64,000 nucleotides of DNA. It comes from Leucoraja ocellata. Taxonomy: Eukaryota. This document shows positions 13,552-25,659 of this stretch, one piece after another. How positions within the stretch are numbered: position 1 is the stretch's first letter; each line of letters opens with the position of its first letter. A model generated the notes under the pieces. That model saw nothing but the letters and a program-made list of their open reading frames with translations, searched no databases and had not been told where the DNA came from. The DNA lies in contig JAWMAR010000203.1 of assembly GCA_036785375.1 (NCBI GenBank), positions 4,154,001 to 4,218,000 of the forward strand. Direction: 5' to 3'. Made by a program: the position numbers and the translations under genes.

Positions 13552-16500
13552 TCCGGGGCCGCTGATTTGAGTGGCCAGTGCCAGTTATTAAAGTGTCCGT
13601 GCCAGCCGCAGAGTCAAGTCAAGTGACTGTGAGTGCAGAGTGACTGTTTAGCAGCCTCACAGCCTGTGGTAGGAAGCTGTTTAGCAGCCTCGTAGTCCGG
13701 GCTTTGATGCTTCGATATCTCTTGCCTGATGGCAAGAGATCCAGGTGTGTGTGGAGGGGGTGCAGTTTGTCCTTGGCAATTCTCTGTGCTTTCTTCAGAC
13801 AGCGGCTCTGGAACAGTTCTTGTACCGAGGGTAGGGAGACGCCAATAATCCTCTCTGCTCCCCTCACTACCCTCTGCAGAGCCTTCCTGTCCGAGCAGTT
13901 GCAGGTGCAGTACCACGTATTGATGCAGTACGTGAGTACAGACTCCACCGTGCCCCTGTAGAAAGTCCTGAGGATGTTGGTGGGGAGTGAGGCCTGTTTT
14001 AGTTTCCTCAGGAAGTGCAGTCGCTGATGGGCCCGTTTGACGGTCCCAGTGGTGTTCCTGGACCAGGTGAGGTTGTCCGTTATCTGCACACCGAGGAACT
14101 TTATGCTCTCCACTCTCTCCACTGCAGTGCCACTAATGTTGAGCGGTGTATGCTCTGGCTGCGCCCTCCTGAAGTCGACAACCATCTCCTTAGTTTTTTC
14201 GACATTCAATTCCAGGTTATTTTTGCCGCACCAGTCCACCAGTTGTTCTACTTCCTCCCTGTACCTTGTTTCGTCATCTCCACTGATGAGTCCCACCACT
14301 GTAGTGTCGTCCGCGAACTTTATGATTTTATTGTCCCTGAATCTGGCAGCACAGTCATGTGTGAGCAGTGTGAACAACAGCGGGCTGAGCACACAGCCTT
14401 GAGGGGAGCCGGTGCTCAGCGTGATCGAGCCTGAAGTGTTCTTGCCAACACGGACTGACTGCGGTCTCTCTGTGAGAAAGTCCAAGATCCAGTGACACAG
14501 GGTGGTGTTGAGGCCCAGCAGGGTTAGTTTCTCCACAAGTCTCTGTGGGATGATGGTATTAAACGCTGAGCTGAAGTCAATGTACAGGATTCTGGCGTAT
14601 GTGTTCTTGTGTTCCAGATGCGCGATTACTGTGTGCAGCGTGGTGGAGATGGCATCCTCTGTAGAGCGGTTGGGGCGATAGGCAAACTGTAGGGGGTCTA
14701 ACGATGAGGGGAGGCTGGCAGTAATGTGGGGTTTCACCAGGCGTTCAAAACACTTCATTATTATTGGGGTCAAGGCGACAGGGCGGTAGTCATTAAGGCA
14801 GGCAACCACTGGTTTCTTCGCGATGGGGATTATCGTGGAAGTTTTGAGGCATGTGGGGACAATGGCCTGACTAAGGGAGATGTTAAAGATGTCTGTTAGC
14901 ACATCTGCTAACTCCTCAGCACATTCCTTTAGCACACGTCCTGGGATGTTGTCGGGTCCGACTGCTTTCCACGGGTTGACCTTAGACAGGATTCTCCGTG
15001 TGTCCATTTTGTCTATGGTCAGGACTGGCTGGTCGGTTTGTAGGCAGGGGCTGGCTCTCCTCTTGGGTGTGGTGTTTGCTGCATCAAAACGAGCAAAGAA
15101 GTTGTTTAATTTATCTGGGAGAGAAGTGTCCGTGTCGGTTACCTGCTGCCTTGCCTTGTACCCCGTCAATGTTTCGATTCCCTTCCACATCCTCCTGGTG
15201 TCTCCTGTGTCGCAGAGGTGTCCCTGGATTTTCCCCGCGAAGGCACGTTTCGCTGCCCTGATTCCTTTTCCCAGTGCAGTCCTGGTGGATCGGAGAGCGG
15301 CTGTGTTACCGGCTCTGTAGGCTGCATCACGAGCCCTCAGCAGCGAGCGCACCTCTGCTGTCATCCATGGCTTTTCGTTACCACGTGCAGTGAAAGTTTT
15401 CATGATAGTGACATCCTCAGTGCACTTGGCAATGTAGCCGATTACAGTCTCTGTGTACTCCTCGATGTTGATGAGGTCATCATAGGATGCTGCTGTCCTG
15501 AACACATCCCAGTCAGTGTGCAGGAAGCAATCCTGCAGTGCCGAGGCTGCTCCCTCTGGCCAGACCCTGGTGTGTTTTCTCTCCGCTCTGACTTGTTTTT
15601 GCAGAGGTCTGTAGGCTGGTGTTAAAAGCACTGAAATGTGGTCCGAGTGGCCCAGGTGAGGGCGTGGGGCTGCCTTGTAAGCCTCTGGGGTGTTGGTGTA
15701 AACCAAGTCCAAGATGTTCTCTCCCCTGGTCTCAAAATCCACATATTGCTTGAATTTTGGGAGCACAGTCTTAAGGCTGGTGTGATTAAAATCCCCGGCC
15801 ACCACAATGAAGCTATCAGGATATTTGGTCTGGAACTCACTGATGACGTCATGCAGGGCTCCCAGTGCTTCGTTGGCCTTGGAGTTTACATTTGCACTTG
15901 GTGCAACATATACAGCCACAACAAAAACAACGGAGAATTCCCTCGGCAGATAGAAAGGCCGACATTTCACGATGAGGAATTCTATCAGCGGAGAGCAGTG
16001 TTTCCCGGCTATCGTAGCGTTCACACACCAGTCCTTGTTTATGTACAAGCACAGGCCTCCACCTCGGCTCTTACCAGAGCTAGCTGCCTCCCTGTCCGCA
16101 CGGAACGATGTCATTCCCTCCAGCTGTATTGCCGTGTCCGGTATATTGCCGTGGAGCCATGATTCAGTGAAGACAAACACACAGCAGTTTCGTATATCCT
16201 TGTATGTTGTCCTGAGAAGACGCAGTTCGTCAAGTTTGTTGTCCAGGGAGCGGACATTAGAGAGGAGAAGCGAGGGCACTGCAGGTCGGGTGGGGTTGGC
16301 TGTTAGCCTAGCGTGAATGCCTGCTCTTTTCCCCCGTCTCCGCCTCACGTAAGAGCCTGCTCTTTTACCCCGTTTCTGCCTCCTCTCACACCGCTTGCGT
16401 CTTCTCCTCCTCCTCTCTCTCCTCTCTCGCCTCCTCTCTCCGGTCGTAGTCACATCTGCGGCCGATATGCTCGGCCTCGCAGCCGGTAGTAAAAGTCCAT

Positions 16501-16695
16501 AGCGGCGTATTTGGTCTAAATCGCACCAAAACGCGCCTTTACTACTCCCGCGGTTTGCCCCGATGTTTAGGAGCATGTTCCTGCAGTACATATATCTTGG
16601 ACAGACAGGACAAGACACACAACACTCACTTTTAAAAGCTCCGACTATCTCCCGAGGGGCCGCTGCGACTGTGCGCGCCGCCATCTTGGATACTC
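13309..16695 (-). mobile_element. Full-length Rex1/Babar-type LINE
   Basis: 5' CAAGATGGCGGC start, a single long ORF, 3' AATAAA and (TTGA)n tail. Confidence 0.9.
13619..16684 (-). CDS. Intact 1021-aa APE endonuclease + reverse transcriptase (Rex1 clade)
   Basis: [21 protein letters not shown] (APE); [34 protein letters not shown] (RT); [10 protein letters not shown]-terminus. No stops. Confidence 0.95.
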   Translation of the reverse strand: MAARTVAAAPREIVGAFKSECCVSCPVCPRYMYCRNMLLNIGANRGSSKGAFWCDLDQIRRYGLLLPAARPSISAADVTTTGERRRERRERRRRRRKRCERRQKRGKRAGSYVRRRRGKRAGIHARLTANPTRPAVPSLLLSNVRSLDNKLDELRLLRTTYKDIRNCCVFVFTESWLHGNIPDTAIQLEGMTSFRADREAASSGKSRGGGLCLYINKDWCVNATIAGKHCSPLIEFLIVKCRPFYLPREFSVVFVVAVYVAPSANVNSKANEALGALHDVISEFQTKYPDSFIVVAGDFNHTSLKTVLPKFKQYVDFETRGENILDLVYTNTPEAYKAAPRPHLGHSDHISVLLTPAYRPLQKQVRAERKHTRVWPEGAASALQDCFLHTDWDVFRTAASYDDLINIEEYTETVIGYIAKCTEDVTIMKTFTARGNEKPWMTAEVRSLLRARDAAYRAGNTAALRSTRTALGKGIRAAKRAFAGKIQGHLCDTGDTRRMWKGIETLTGYKARQQVTDTDTSLPDKLNNFFARFDAANTTPKRRASPCLQTDQPVLTIDKMDTRRILSKVNPWKAVGPDNIPGRVLKECAEELADVLTDIFNISLSQAIVPTCLKTSTIIPIAKKPVVACLNDYRPVALTPIIMKCFERLVKPHITASLPSSLDPLQFAYRPNRSTEDAISTTLHTVIAHLEHKNTYARILYIDFSSAFNTIIPQRLVEKLTLLGLNTTLCHWILDFLTERPQSVRVGKNTSGSITLSTGSPQGCVLSPLLFTLLTHDCAARFRDNKIIKFADDTTVVGLISGDDETRYREEVEQLVDWCGKNNLELNVEKTKEMVVDFRRAQPEHTPLNISGTAVERVESIKFLGVQITDNLTWSRNTTGTVKRAHQRLHFLRKLKQASLPTNILRTFYRGTVESVLTYCINTWYCTCNCSDRKALQRVVRGAERIIGVSLPSVQELFQSRCLKKAQRIAKDKLHPLHTHLDLLPSGKRYRSIKARTTRLLNSFLPQAVRLLNSHSALTVT

Positions 16696-16993
16696 ATTCA
16701 TCCAACTCAGTATCCTGTACCTGCCTTCTCTCCATACCCCCTGATCCCTTTAGCCACAAGGCCCAAATCCAACTCCCTCTTAAATATAGCCAATGAACTG
16801 GCCTCAACTACCTTCTGTGGCAGAGAATTCCAGAGATTCACCTCTCTCAGTGTGAAAAATGTTTTCCTCATCTCAGCCCTAAAAGATTTCCCCCTTATCC
16901 TTAAACTGTGACCCCTTGTTCTGGACTTCCCCAACATCAGGAACAATCTTCCTGCATCTAGCCTGTCCAACCTCTTAAGAATTTTGTAAGTTT

Positions 16994-18370
16994 TGAGGAA
17001 ATATTATATAAATAGAACCCCGTGGATAGTGACTTTTATATAAGCTAGGTAATTTGCAAAAGAAAAACAAGGTTTTCCTGAACTGAAATAAAGTGCAAAC
17101 AGACAGATACACACAGGCAAAGATGAATCAAAACATGGAGGCCTGAACCTGAACCTGCTTAGCTTAGGTTTAGAAACATAGAAATTAGGTGCAGGAGTAG
17201 GCCATTCGGCCCTTCGAGCCTGCACCGCCATTCAATATGATCATGGCTGATCATCCAACTCAGTATCCCGTACCTGCCTTCTCTCCATACCCCCTGATCC
17301 CCTTAGCCACAAGGGCCACATCTAACTCCCTCTTAAATATAGCCAATGAACTGGCCTCAACTACCCTCAGCTAAGGCACTGGAGGAAATTGTATTTGATA
17401 TGACTTTATGTTGAAGAATAGATAACTGCAAAGGGGCCTCTTCTTAGGCCAGAGGTCAGTTGTTCTTTCCTTTGTGGACATTCTTGAACTGTGAGGTTTG
17501 AGCAGAGTGTGAGATAATAGGCCCTGTAGTTAGCCTTGGTTATGTTGAATTAGGATGGATGCGAGGGGAGTAGTTGTAAAAGACCTTGTAGAGAGATTAG
17601 AAATACAGCTTCCAGAGACAGCATGAAAAGGGGAGGCTGTAAATTAAGCTGTATGAAGTATGTAAGATAAGTGAATGAAGCTGTATCCTGGAACCAAACA
17701 CTAATTAATTAAATTGACAGATTTATGACCCATGTATGCTTGATTGGGATGTGAAGGATTTTGAACTTAGAAACTGTAATTCAGCAAACTTATAATTAAT
17801 GTTTTAAAGACATAGGTAAAAGTATTTAAAACTGTGAAATTAAAGTGAAACAATTTATGAAATGTATTGTCTTAGTTTGAATGTAAACATTACTTATAGA
17901 AATTGTTTAGATTTATAGAAATATCTTTCTTCTTGGTATGGGAAGTGTGTATGACTTGTGTGATCATTGTGTTATATACGTATCTTGTATTTTGAGGAGT
18001 GATCTTTCATAAGAGCCTACTGGGTTTTGCTGTGTTGAAATAAAATAATTCTAAAACAAAGTTATACCACAGGCAAACAAAGGCTGTAATGAGACCAGGG
18101 AAGGGGGATCATGTGAGTGATGTTGTAAATCACCAGAAGGACTCAGATGATTGGTTACTAGCTTGTCATACCCTCTGTATCTGAAATGACTAATACCTAT
18201 ATAAATGCCATGAGTTTGTATCAAAGTAACTCCTCTCTGGACCCGCCCCAGAGCATCAGCTCTGTGTTGGAAGGTTCAAGAGACTAGTCTCAGCTGAACA
18301 AAGAATTGATTTTAACAGCAACAAGTGTTTGAGTCAAGTTGACTTTAGATTGACAGAACTCAGTTTAACA
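16994..18370 (+). mobile_element. Solo LTR (probably ERV) containing a CR1-tail SINE at ~17171-17368
   Basis: GTTT|TGAGG...TTAACA|GTTT. Removing it restores the host CR1 sequence aagtttctataagatcc. TATA box (TATATAAA) at ~18198. Confidence 0.75.
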
Positions 18371-19445
18371 GTTTCTATAAGATCCCCCTCAATCTTCTAA
18401 ATTCTAGCGAATACAAACCGAGTCTATCCAGTCTTTCTTCATATGAAAGTCCTGACATCCCAGGAATCAGTCTGGTGAACCTTCTCTGTACTCCATCTAC
18501 GGCAAGAATGTCTTTCCTCACATTAGGAGACCAAAACTGTACGCAATACTCCAGGTGTGCTCTCACCAAGACCCTGTACAACTGTAGTAGAACCTCCCTG
18601 CTCTTATACTCAAATCCTTTTGCTATGAATGCAAACATACCATTTGCTTTCTTCACTGGCTGCTACACCTGCATGCCTGCAGTTGTATAGGGCTCTGGTA
18701 AGACCACATCTGGAGTATTGCGTACAGTTTTGGTCTCCTAATTTGAGGAAGGACATCCTTGTGATTGAGGCAGTGCAGCGTAAGTGCACAAGATTGATCT
18801 ATAGGATGGTGGGACTGTCATACGAGGAAAGATTGAAAAGACTGGGCTTGTATTCACTGGAGTTTAGAAGAATGAGGTGGGATCTTATAGAAACGTATAA
18901 AAGAACTGGACAAGCTAGATGTAGGAAAAATGTTCCTAATGTTGGGCGAGTCCAGAACCAGGGGCCACAGTCTTAGAATAAAGGGGAGGCCATTTAAGAC
19001 TGAGGTGGAGAAAAAACCTTTTCACCCAGAGAGTTGTGAATTTGTGGAATTCCCTGCCACAGAGGCCAGTGGAGGCCAAATCACTGGATGGATTTAAGAG
19101 TTAGATAGAGCTCTAGGGGCTAGTGGAATCAAGGGGAGAAGGCAGGCACGGGTTATTGATTGAGGACGATCAACCATGATTGCAATGAATGGCGGTGATG
19201 GCTCGAAGGGCCGAATGGCCTCCTCCTGCACCTATTTTCTATGTTTCTGTCCCTTGCTGTGTCTGTCTTTCGCTCTCTCCTTCCCTCCCTCTCTCGCTGT
19301 CTCTCTGTCTTTCACTGGAGGAACTCAGCGGGTCAGGCAGCATCTCTGGAGAGAAGGAATAGGTGACATTTTGGGTCGAAACCCTTCTTCGGACCCTCCA
19401 TTGATCCAGCCTGACCTGCTGAGTTCATGAACACTTTGCTCTTAA

Positions 19446-21640
19446 AATAAATTTGTGGTCCACTGAAGAAACAACACGATAGACCACTCTGGAAGTGCCA
19501 GTTTTGCTGTACACTTTATACTGTAGAACATATCATAATATACCCCGAGTGATTTAATGGGGTTAGTTTTTTTTAATCTGTTGTCTAGAATTAATCGGGT
19601 ACCCACCCTATGTACCTTTTATCAGATTTAAATCGGAATTACGATTTTTTTTTGTTTTCCTTAAGCACAAAAATAGTGAAGCTCATATCAGATGCCAAAA
19701 AATCAATGAAACAGCTGAAATAGCAATAAAGCAATAGAAATGTAGTGTATATGTCACTGAAAAAGGACAAAGCAAAAACAGGTTGAATTTTTAGAACTGT
19801 ATATAATATTGTACACAAAGTAGGCCATACACAGATATGTCTTCTGATATTGAACTGCAAGAAAGAAATGGCATCGACTTAGGGTACGTTCTACACTCTC
19901 GTAAGTCATGTGCAGATGTTTCTCACCACATAGGGAACCAGGGCTCGAAATTAGCGGTGGCCCGGTTGCTAATGGCAACCTACAGTGCCGCTGGGCAACC
20001 TGAAAGTCATGCCATTTTGCCCGGCTTGGCAAGCACCCGGGACTGTAGACAATGCTGGAGAAAATCAGCGGTGAGGCAGCATCTATGGAGCGAAGGAATA
20101 GGCGACGTTTCGGGTCGAGACCCTTCTTCAGACTGATGTCGGGAGGGGGAAGGGTGGTCGGGAAAAAGAAAGGAAGAGGCGGAGACAGTAGGCTGGTAAT
20201 GGGAGGGGAAGGAAGGAGAAAGCAAGGACTACCTTTGAAATTGGAGAAGCCAATGTTCATATCGGTGGGGTGTAAACTACCCAAGCAAAATACGAGGCGT
20301 TGTTCCTCCAAATTGCGGTGGACCTCACTCTGGCCATTGAGGAGGCCCATGATAGAAAGGTCGGATTCAGAATTGGAGGGGGAGTAGAAGTGCTGAGCCA
20401 CCGGGAGATCAGGTTGGTTAATGCGAACTGAGGAGTTGTGTGAAGCGATCGCCAAGCCTGCGCTTGGTCTCACCGAGGTTGATCATACGCTGAATAATCC
20501 AACCGAATTTTGTTTGGAAGTGGAAAGAAATAATAGAAATTGCATTAATTGCAACATGTAAAAAGAGATGAGATACTGTATTGTAATTTTGCTGCATGTC
20601 ATTGTGGTATGTCTTGATTGGTGAATATGTTTAGTTTGTGACTTTATTTGAAGCAGAAATAATCGCATTATCGCACGTGTCATCTAAGCCGTCTTAAATG
20701 ACCACCTAAACTATCATTTGGCAACCTACAAAGCTGCTTAGGTTGCCCGGCTGGCAACAGGGGAAAAAAGTTAAGCGAGAGCCCTGGGAACTAGATGCGA
20801 AAGAGTAGCGGAAAATATAATTTCAAAACAATCTAAAATGTCTATTATGATTGATGAATCTACTACTATTAATGGGAAAACTGTTCTAGTAGTCTGCTTG
20901 AGAGCAGCAGTTGGTGAATCTTCCCAACCTATATCATTCTATTTTGACTTAGAACATATGTAACTTGGTGAAGAAGGGTTTCGGCCCGAAACATTGCCTA
21001 TTTCCTTTGCTCCATAGATGCTGCTGCACCCGCTGAGTTTCTCCAGTATTTTTGTGTACCTGAAACTTGGTGCAAATTCAAAATCTATATATATATGATG
21101 GGCTTCTAAGGTGCTTACAAGCAGGCGGTTTTTTCAATACAGTACCTAAAAGAAAATGAGATATCACATGTAACTGATGGTGCATCAGTAATGTTAGGAT
21201 GAAATGCAGGGGTTGCAAAACTATTTCTTGAGGACTTCCCTAATGCAACTGTTTGACACTGTGCCAGTCACAGGCTTGAACTCAGTGTAGGTGATGCTAG
21301 AAGTGAAGTTGCTGGTTTGAATCATTTTCAGATATTTTGTGATAAATTGTATTCCTTATATCATAGGTCTCCTAAGAATCAGGATGAGTTAACTGCATGC
21401 GCTGAGGCTCTTCACTGTCAACTGTTGAAAATTGGTTGTGTTTTCAATGTGAGATGGGTTGCTTTGTCTTAAGGAATTGTAAAGGCAATGTGGCCGTCTT
21501 ATAAAGCTGGGAGCATTTTGGAAAAGCAAGCTGTGATGCTTCAAGATTTAGTGCAGAGAGAGCAAAGTACGAGGGGCTGAAAAAAAAATTAGAATCATCA
21601 GCTTTCGTAAATAATTTGGGCTCGTTGATGGTGCAATAAA
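19446..21640 (+). pseudogene. Decayed hAT (ZNF862/Charlie-like) transposase remnant
   Basis: SIMIDESTT, VTDGASVMLG and HCASHRLELSV motifs with stops and insertions. Confidence 0.75.
19939..20786. mobile_element. MITE with CAGGGCTC TIRs and 5-bp TSD (GGAAC), itself holding a Penelope fragment (~20045-20480); partial second copy ~23800-23955
   Basis: GGAAC|CAGGGCTCG...GAGAGCCCTG|GGAAC. Removing it restores the host hAT reading frame. Confidence 0.8.
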
Positions 21641-22058
21641 CTATATTGTACAATAAACTATATTATAAACACACAATAAACAAGTTATGCATTTTGTACT
21701 CTTACATGGGTATAACCGCCTATAAAAAAATGTCCCCCCTCCTTCCCAACCTCAGCCTCACGGACCTCAGAGTACCCCTAGTTCCTAAAACCCATTTCCC
21801 TCACTGGAAACCACACACCTCCATATTCAGTGATAGTTTCTTCCCAGCTGTTATCAAGCAACTGAACCACCCTACCAACAACTGGAGAGCGGTCCTGAGC
21901 AACTATCAAGCAATTCAAAAGAGAGTTAGATAGAGCTCTTGAGGCTAACGGAATCAAGGGGTAATGGGGAGAAGGCAGGAACGGGTTGCTGATTGTGGAT
22001 GATCAGCCATGATCACATTGAATGGCAGTGCTGGCTCGAAGGACCGAATGGTCTTTAC

Positions 22059-22810
22059 CAGGCACGGAAATCGCTATCAAAATATGGAGGAGACTGGGGG
22101 ATACCATTTTTAGCGGCTGCGTACGCATGCACTCGCTCACACACACACGCGAGGCTTCGGAGGCTCAATCCAGCGCTAAATGCAGCTCAACTCTGCCTGT
22201 CTCGCCGGGTTAACCTACAGCCCTGCCTGGACTGACGGGTCACCAGCGCTGCTTCTCCGCGCTGGCCATATTTCCCGCAAGCCCAGGCAGGTTAACCTGG
22301 CGGAACAGGCAGAGTTGAGCTGGGTTTAGCGGTGCTTCTCTGCACTGGCTGTGGGCCTGGGGGTACAGCTCGCATCGGACTCCTGACCTCTCTGGCCACC
22401 CATGGGGGGTGGGGGGGGGGGGGGGGGGGGGGGAGGGGGGCACTCGGGTGGGGACGGGAGAGCGCGGGAGACCTGGCCGGGATCTATCCTGGCTGCGGAT
22501 GAGGCGCCGGTCTGTGCCACGTCTCCCTCTTCCAATTACCGTGCACTATCCTCAGTCCCACCCACGCCTTCCTCCTCCAATGATCGCGCTGAATCATCAA
22601 GTCCCGCCCCATTGCCTGCTGCCCGAAGTCCCTCTTGTCCAATCAGCGCCCTCGATCAGCAGTCCGACCCCCACTGTCTCACAGAAAGCAGATTTCACCG
22701 GGTTTTAAAATCCGGATTACAAAAAAATGGGGGGGGGGGGGGGGGGGGGGGGGAGGGATGTTCACCACCTCTCAAAACAGAGGGGACACACCCCTGGTTT
22801 TCCGCCCCTG
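22059..22810. mobile_element. hAT-type MITE
   Basis: CAGGCACGGAAA...TTTTCCGCCCCTG termini with imperfect 8-bp TSD GTCTTTAC/CCCTTTAC; internal poly-G tracts. Confidence 0.65.
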
Positions 22811-23671
22811 CCCTTTACCATGTATCTACACACTGTAAATGGCTCAATTGTAATCATGTATTGTCTTTCCGCTGACTGGTCAGCAAGCAACAAAAGCTTT
22901 TCACTTTACATGACAACAAACTGAACTAAGGTTAAGTAACATAGACTTCCTTCAAGATATCAGTAGTAACATCTGCAAGAACCCCCTGCATTCAGGACTT
23001 TCTCCAAGGGAAATACAGAGGAAATGTCACAGCAACTATCCTAGCAAAGCCAGACTGACGTCACTTTACCTGCTGCACCACAGAGGTACATTCAATCAGG
23101 TTTTCAATCTTTAGTTTTAGAGATACAGCACGGAAACGGACTGTTTGGCCCACCGAGTCCTCGCTGACCAGTGATCCCCGCACACTAGCGGACAATTTAC
23201 AATCCTACACACACACGCACGGGACAACTTACAATTTTACCAAGCAAATTAGCCAACAAAGCTGTACGTCTTTAGAGTGTGAGAGGAAACCAGACCACAG
23301 AGAAAACGCACACGGAAATGGGGAGAATGTACAAACTCCTTATAGACAGCACCCATAGTGAGGTTCAAACCTCTCTCCTACATTCTGACATTGTTACCCA
23401 TTATTCATCCAACAATGGTGGTGTCACAGGTACATGGATAGGATGGAGGGATATGGGCCAAATGCAGGCAGATGGTACAAGTGTAGATGGAACATGTTGG
23501 TCAGCAGAGGCAAGTTGGGCCAGAGGGCCTTTTTCTACACAGTATGGCTCTAATAAATGTGAATGGAAACATTGTAATGCGAGCTTACTCATAATAACTC
23601 TCGCCTCATCAACGGTGAAGAACACCAAGACTCAAGCACCTGCAACCACCCACACCCAGAAAGGAACTTAC

Positions 23672-23717
23672 CAGCAGAAGCGAACAGGATGGAAAACACC
23701 AGATGTTTGAAGTACAT
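23672..23717 (-). CDS. Signal-peptide (leader) exon of the BTNL-like gene (exon 23721-23672, ATG at 23717)
   Basis: ctatttcag acceptor, AATAATG start, MYFKHLVFSILFASA, then a phase-1 GTAAGT donor. Spliced to the IgV exon it gives MYFKHLVFSILFASADA|FITCE, with an A-x-A cleavage motif. Confidence 0.75.
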
Positions 23718-24850
23718 TATTCTGAAATAGAAGTAACAACTGGTTAGAATGGAGGAGAGCAAGTATTTAAAGTCAACCTGAATGATCACAAAAGCTTAAA
23801 AAGAGTTCATTTCCCTAGACACTTTGTCCGAGCACATTATCGCACACTCATGCAAGCCGTCTTAAATGACTACCTAAACTGTCATTTGGCAACCTAAAAA
23901 GCTGCCTAGGTTGCCCGGCTGGCATTAGAGAAAAAAAAGTTAAGTGAGAGCCATGCTGTTGGTCAAGACAACTACTCATAAATATCAAAGATAGACACAA
24001 AGTGCTGGAGTAACTCAGCTTCTGTTGAGAAAAGGAGTACGTGGCATTTCGGGTCGAAAGCATTCTTCAGCAGTTCTGACTTCCCTACCATCGTGGGGAT
24101 CTATCGCAGTCGCTGCCTCAAGAAGGCTGGCAGCATCATCAAGGACCCACACCATCCGGGCCACACACTCATCTCCCTGCTACCTTCAGGTAGAAGGTAC
24201 AGGAGCCTGAAGACTGCAACATCCAGGTTCAGAAACAGCTTTTTCACCACAACCATCAGGCTATTGAACTCAACTCAAACAAAACTTTGAACATTAATAG
24301 CCCATTATCTGTTTTATTTATTCATGCATGTATATATTTATATAATGGTATATGGACACACTGATCTGTTCTGTATTCCTGCCTTCTATATTCTGTTGTG
24401 CAAAGCAAGAATTTCATTTTCCTATCTGGGAATAACAATAAACTCTCTTGAAACATGAATAATTCCTTCCACCACCTAAAACAAAGGTTTAAAAACTCTT
24501 ACAAAAGATAAATAATGCTTGATGCAACTCAGCAATAAATGGAAACAAAGGCAATTAAATTTCTGGTGGTAGTGGGGTCTTCAACATGAAATTTTGGCCC
24601 CGTGTTATCTCCCCACCCATGCTGCCCGACCTACTGAGTTTCCAACATTTTCTGCTGATATTTTAGGTTTCCAGCATCCACGGTGTTTATTTAGGCCTAA
24701 TATCCCTCAACGCCTTGCCTATACTTCATTCTATGCTACAATGATCAAATAAACTCAGTAGACAGACATGCAATATTAACATAACAGATATAACAAATAT
24801 ATATTTACAACTGGAATTATAATTACAAAACATTGATACGGAATACGTAC

Positions 24851-24930
24851 ATTTATGAAAAGTCAGCCCCAGCATCAACAAATCTGCTCTAAACCTTTCA
24901 CTCTGGCTGTACGTTGAGATGAGGAAGTTA
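24851..24930 (-). other. Putative non-coding first exon of the BTNL-like gene (5' boundary approximate)
   Basis: GTACGT donor at 24850-24845 lies ~105 bp downstream of the Y box in unique sequence. The leader exon has its own acceptor, so an upstream exon is needed. Confidence 0.5.
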
Positions 24931-24955
24931 AAATTGATACATAATCAGGTCCGGC

Positions 24956-25020
24956 CCAATCCGATGCCAGATTGCCGGCTACGTCACTAGTTGCGAGGCA
25001 GAGGAGAGATCGACAGGTTG
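24956..25020 (-). promoter_or_regulatory. MHC-type S-X1-X2-Y module (RFX / CREB-ATF / NF-Y)
   Basis: Minus strand reads CAACCT -16 bp- CCTCGCAACTAG TGACGTA -19 bp- ATTGG. Order, orientation and spacing match MHC SXY modules. Confidence 0.75.
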
Positions 25021-25043
25021 CAAAACGTTCTCCTCCTGCTGCA

Positions 25044-25152
25044 GATTGCGCCTGCGCGCAGTTGGCATCGCGCCGGCGTTTACCAATACCGCTACTGCGC
25101 CTGCGCTCACCCGGCACCAGGGTGCGCTCACCCACCACTGCGCCTGCGGTGC
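25044..25152. promoter_or_regulatory. CpG-rich promoter segment with three NRF1-like TGCGCCTGCG motifs
   Basis: tgcgcctgcgcgca, tgcgcctgcgct and tgcgcctgcggt within ~110 bp of CpG-rich unique sequence. Confidence 0.55.
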
Positions 25153-25659
25153 CGGCACTCCCCCTCCCCTTCACAACCTTCAATCCAATCCAGCCTTTGT
25201 GGACCGTCCCGTCCAGTCCACAGGGAACCTCCTTCTGTCGCAGTGTTTATATCATTTTAATAACATTTTTCATTTGTAAAATATTTATGTTGATGTTATA
25301 CTTTTTAGATTATTCGTTTATTAAATTTTGAGTTGATTGGCCAGAATAATCAAAACAGTATACTGAGGGATACATATTGATAAATGTTGCTTTATTTTTA
25401 ATACACTAATGTCTACAAGATAAGCACTGACCAGTTCCAATTGCACTGCACTCTGCATGAAACGTATCCGGTTTTGGTGCAGTCAATGCGTATCTGAAAC
25501 TTAAAACACAATGACTTGAATATTCAAATATGTGAGGCTGGTAAGTTAGTGGAATTTATCAAAAAGTTTGTCATGAATCACATGCATTAATGTCAATGTC
25601 TCAGTTGATTTTCGGTGTTGCAATGGGTTAGGTTACAGTGACTGTCTGGCCAAAGTCGT

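Larger units (their letters stand above)
12120..19250 (+). mobile_element. CR1 LINE fragment (12120-13241 and 18679-19250) split by a 5.4-kb nested block
   Basis: ORF2 APE-linker peptide at 12258-13091. Sequence gaggttcttctgca resumes as ctgcagttgtatagggc at 18679 (CTGCA duplication), colinear with the copy at 53940. Confidence 0.8.

Noticed and set aside
24875-25331. Overlapping ORFs in the CpG-rich segment
   Set aside because: Stop-poor GC-rich promoter sequence with no domain features.
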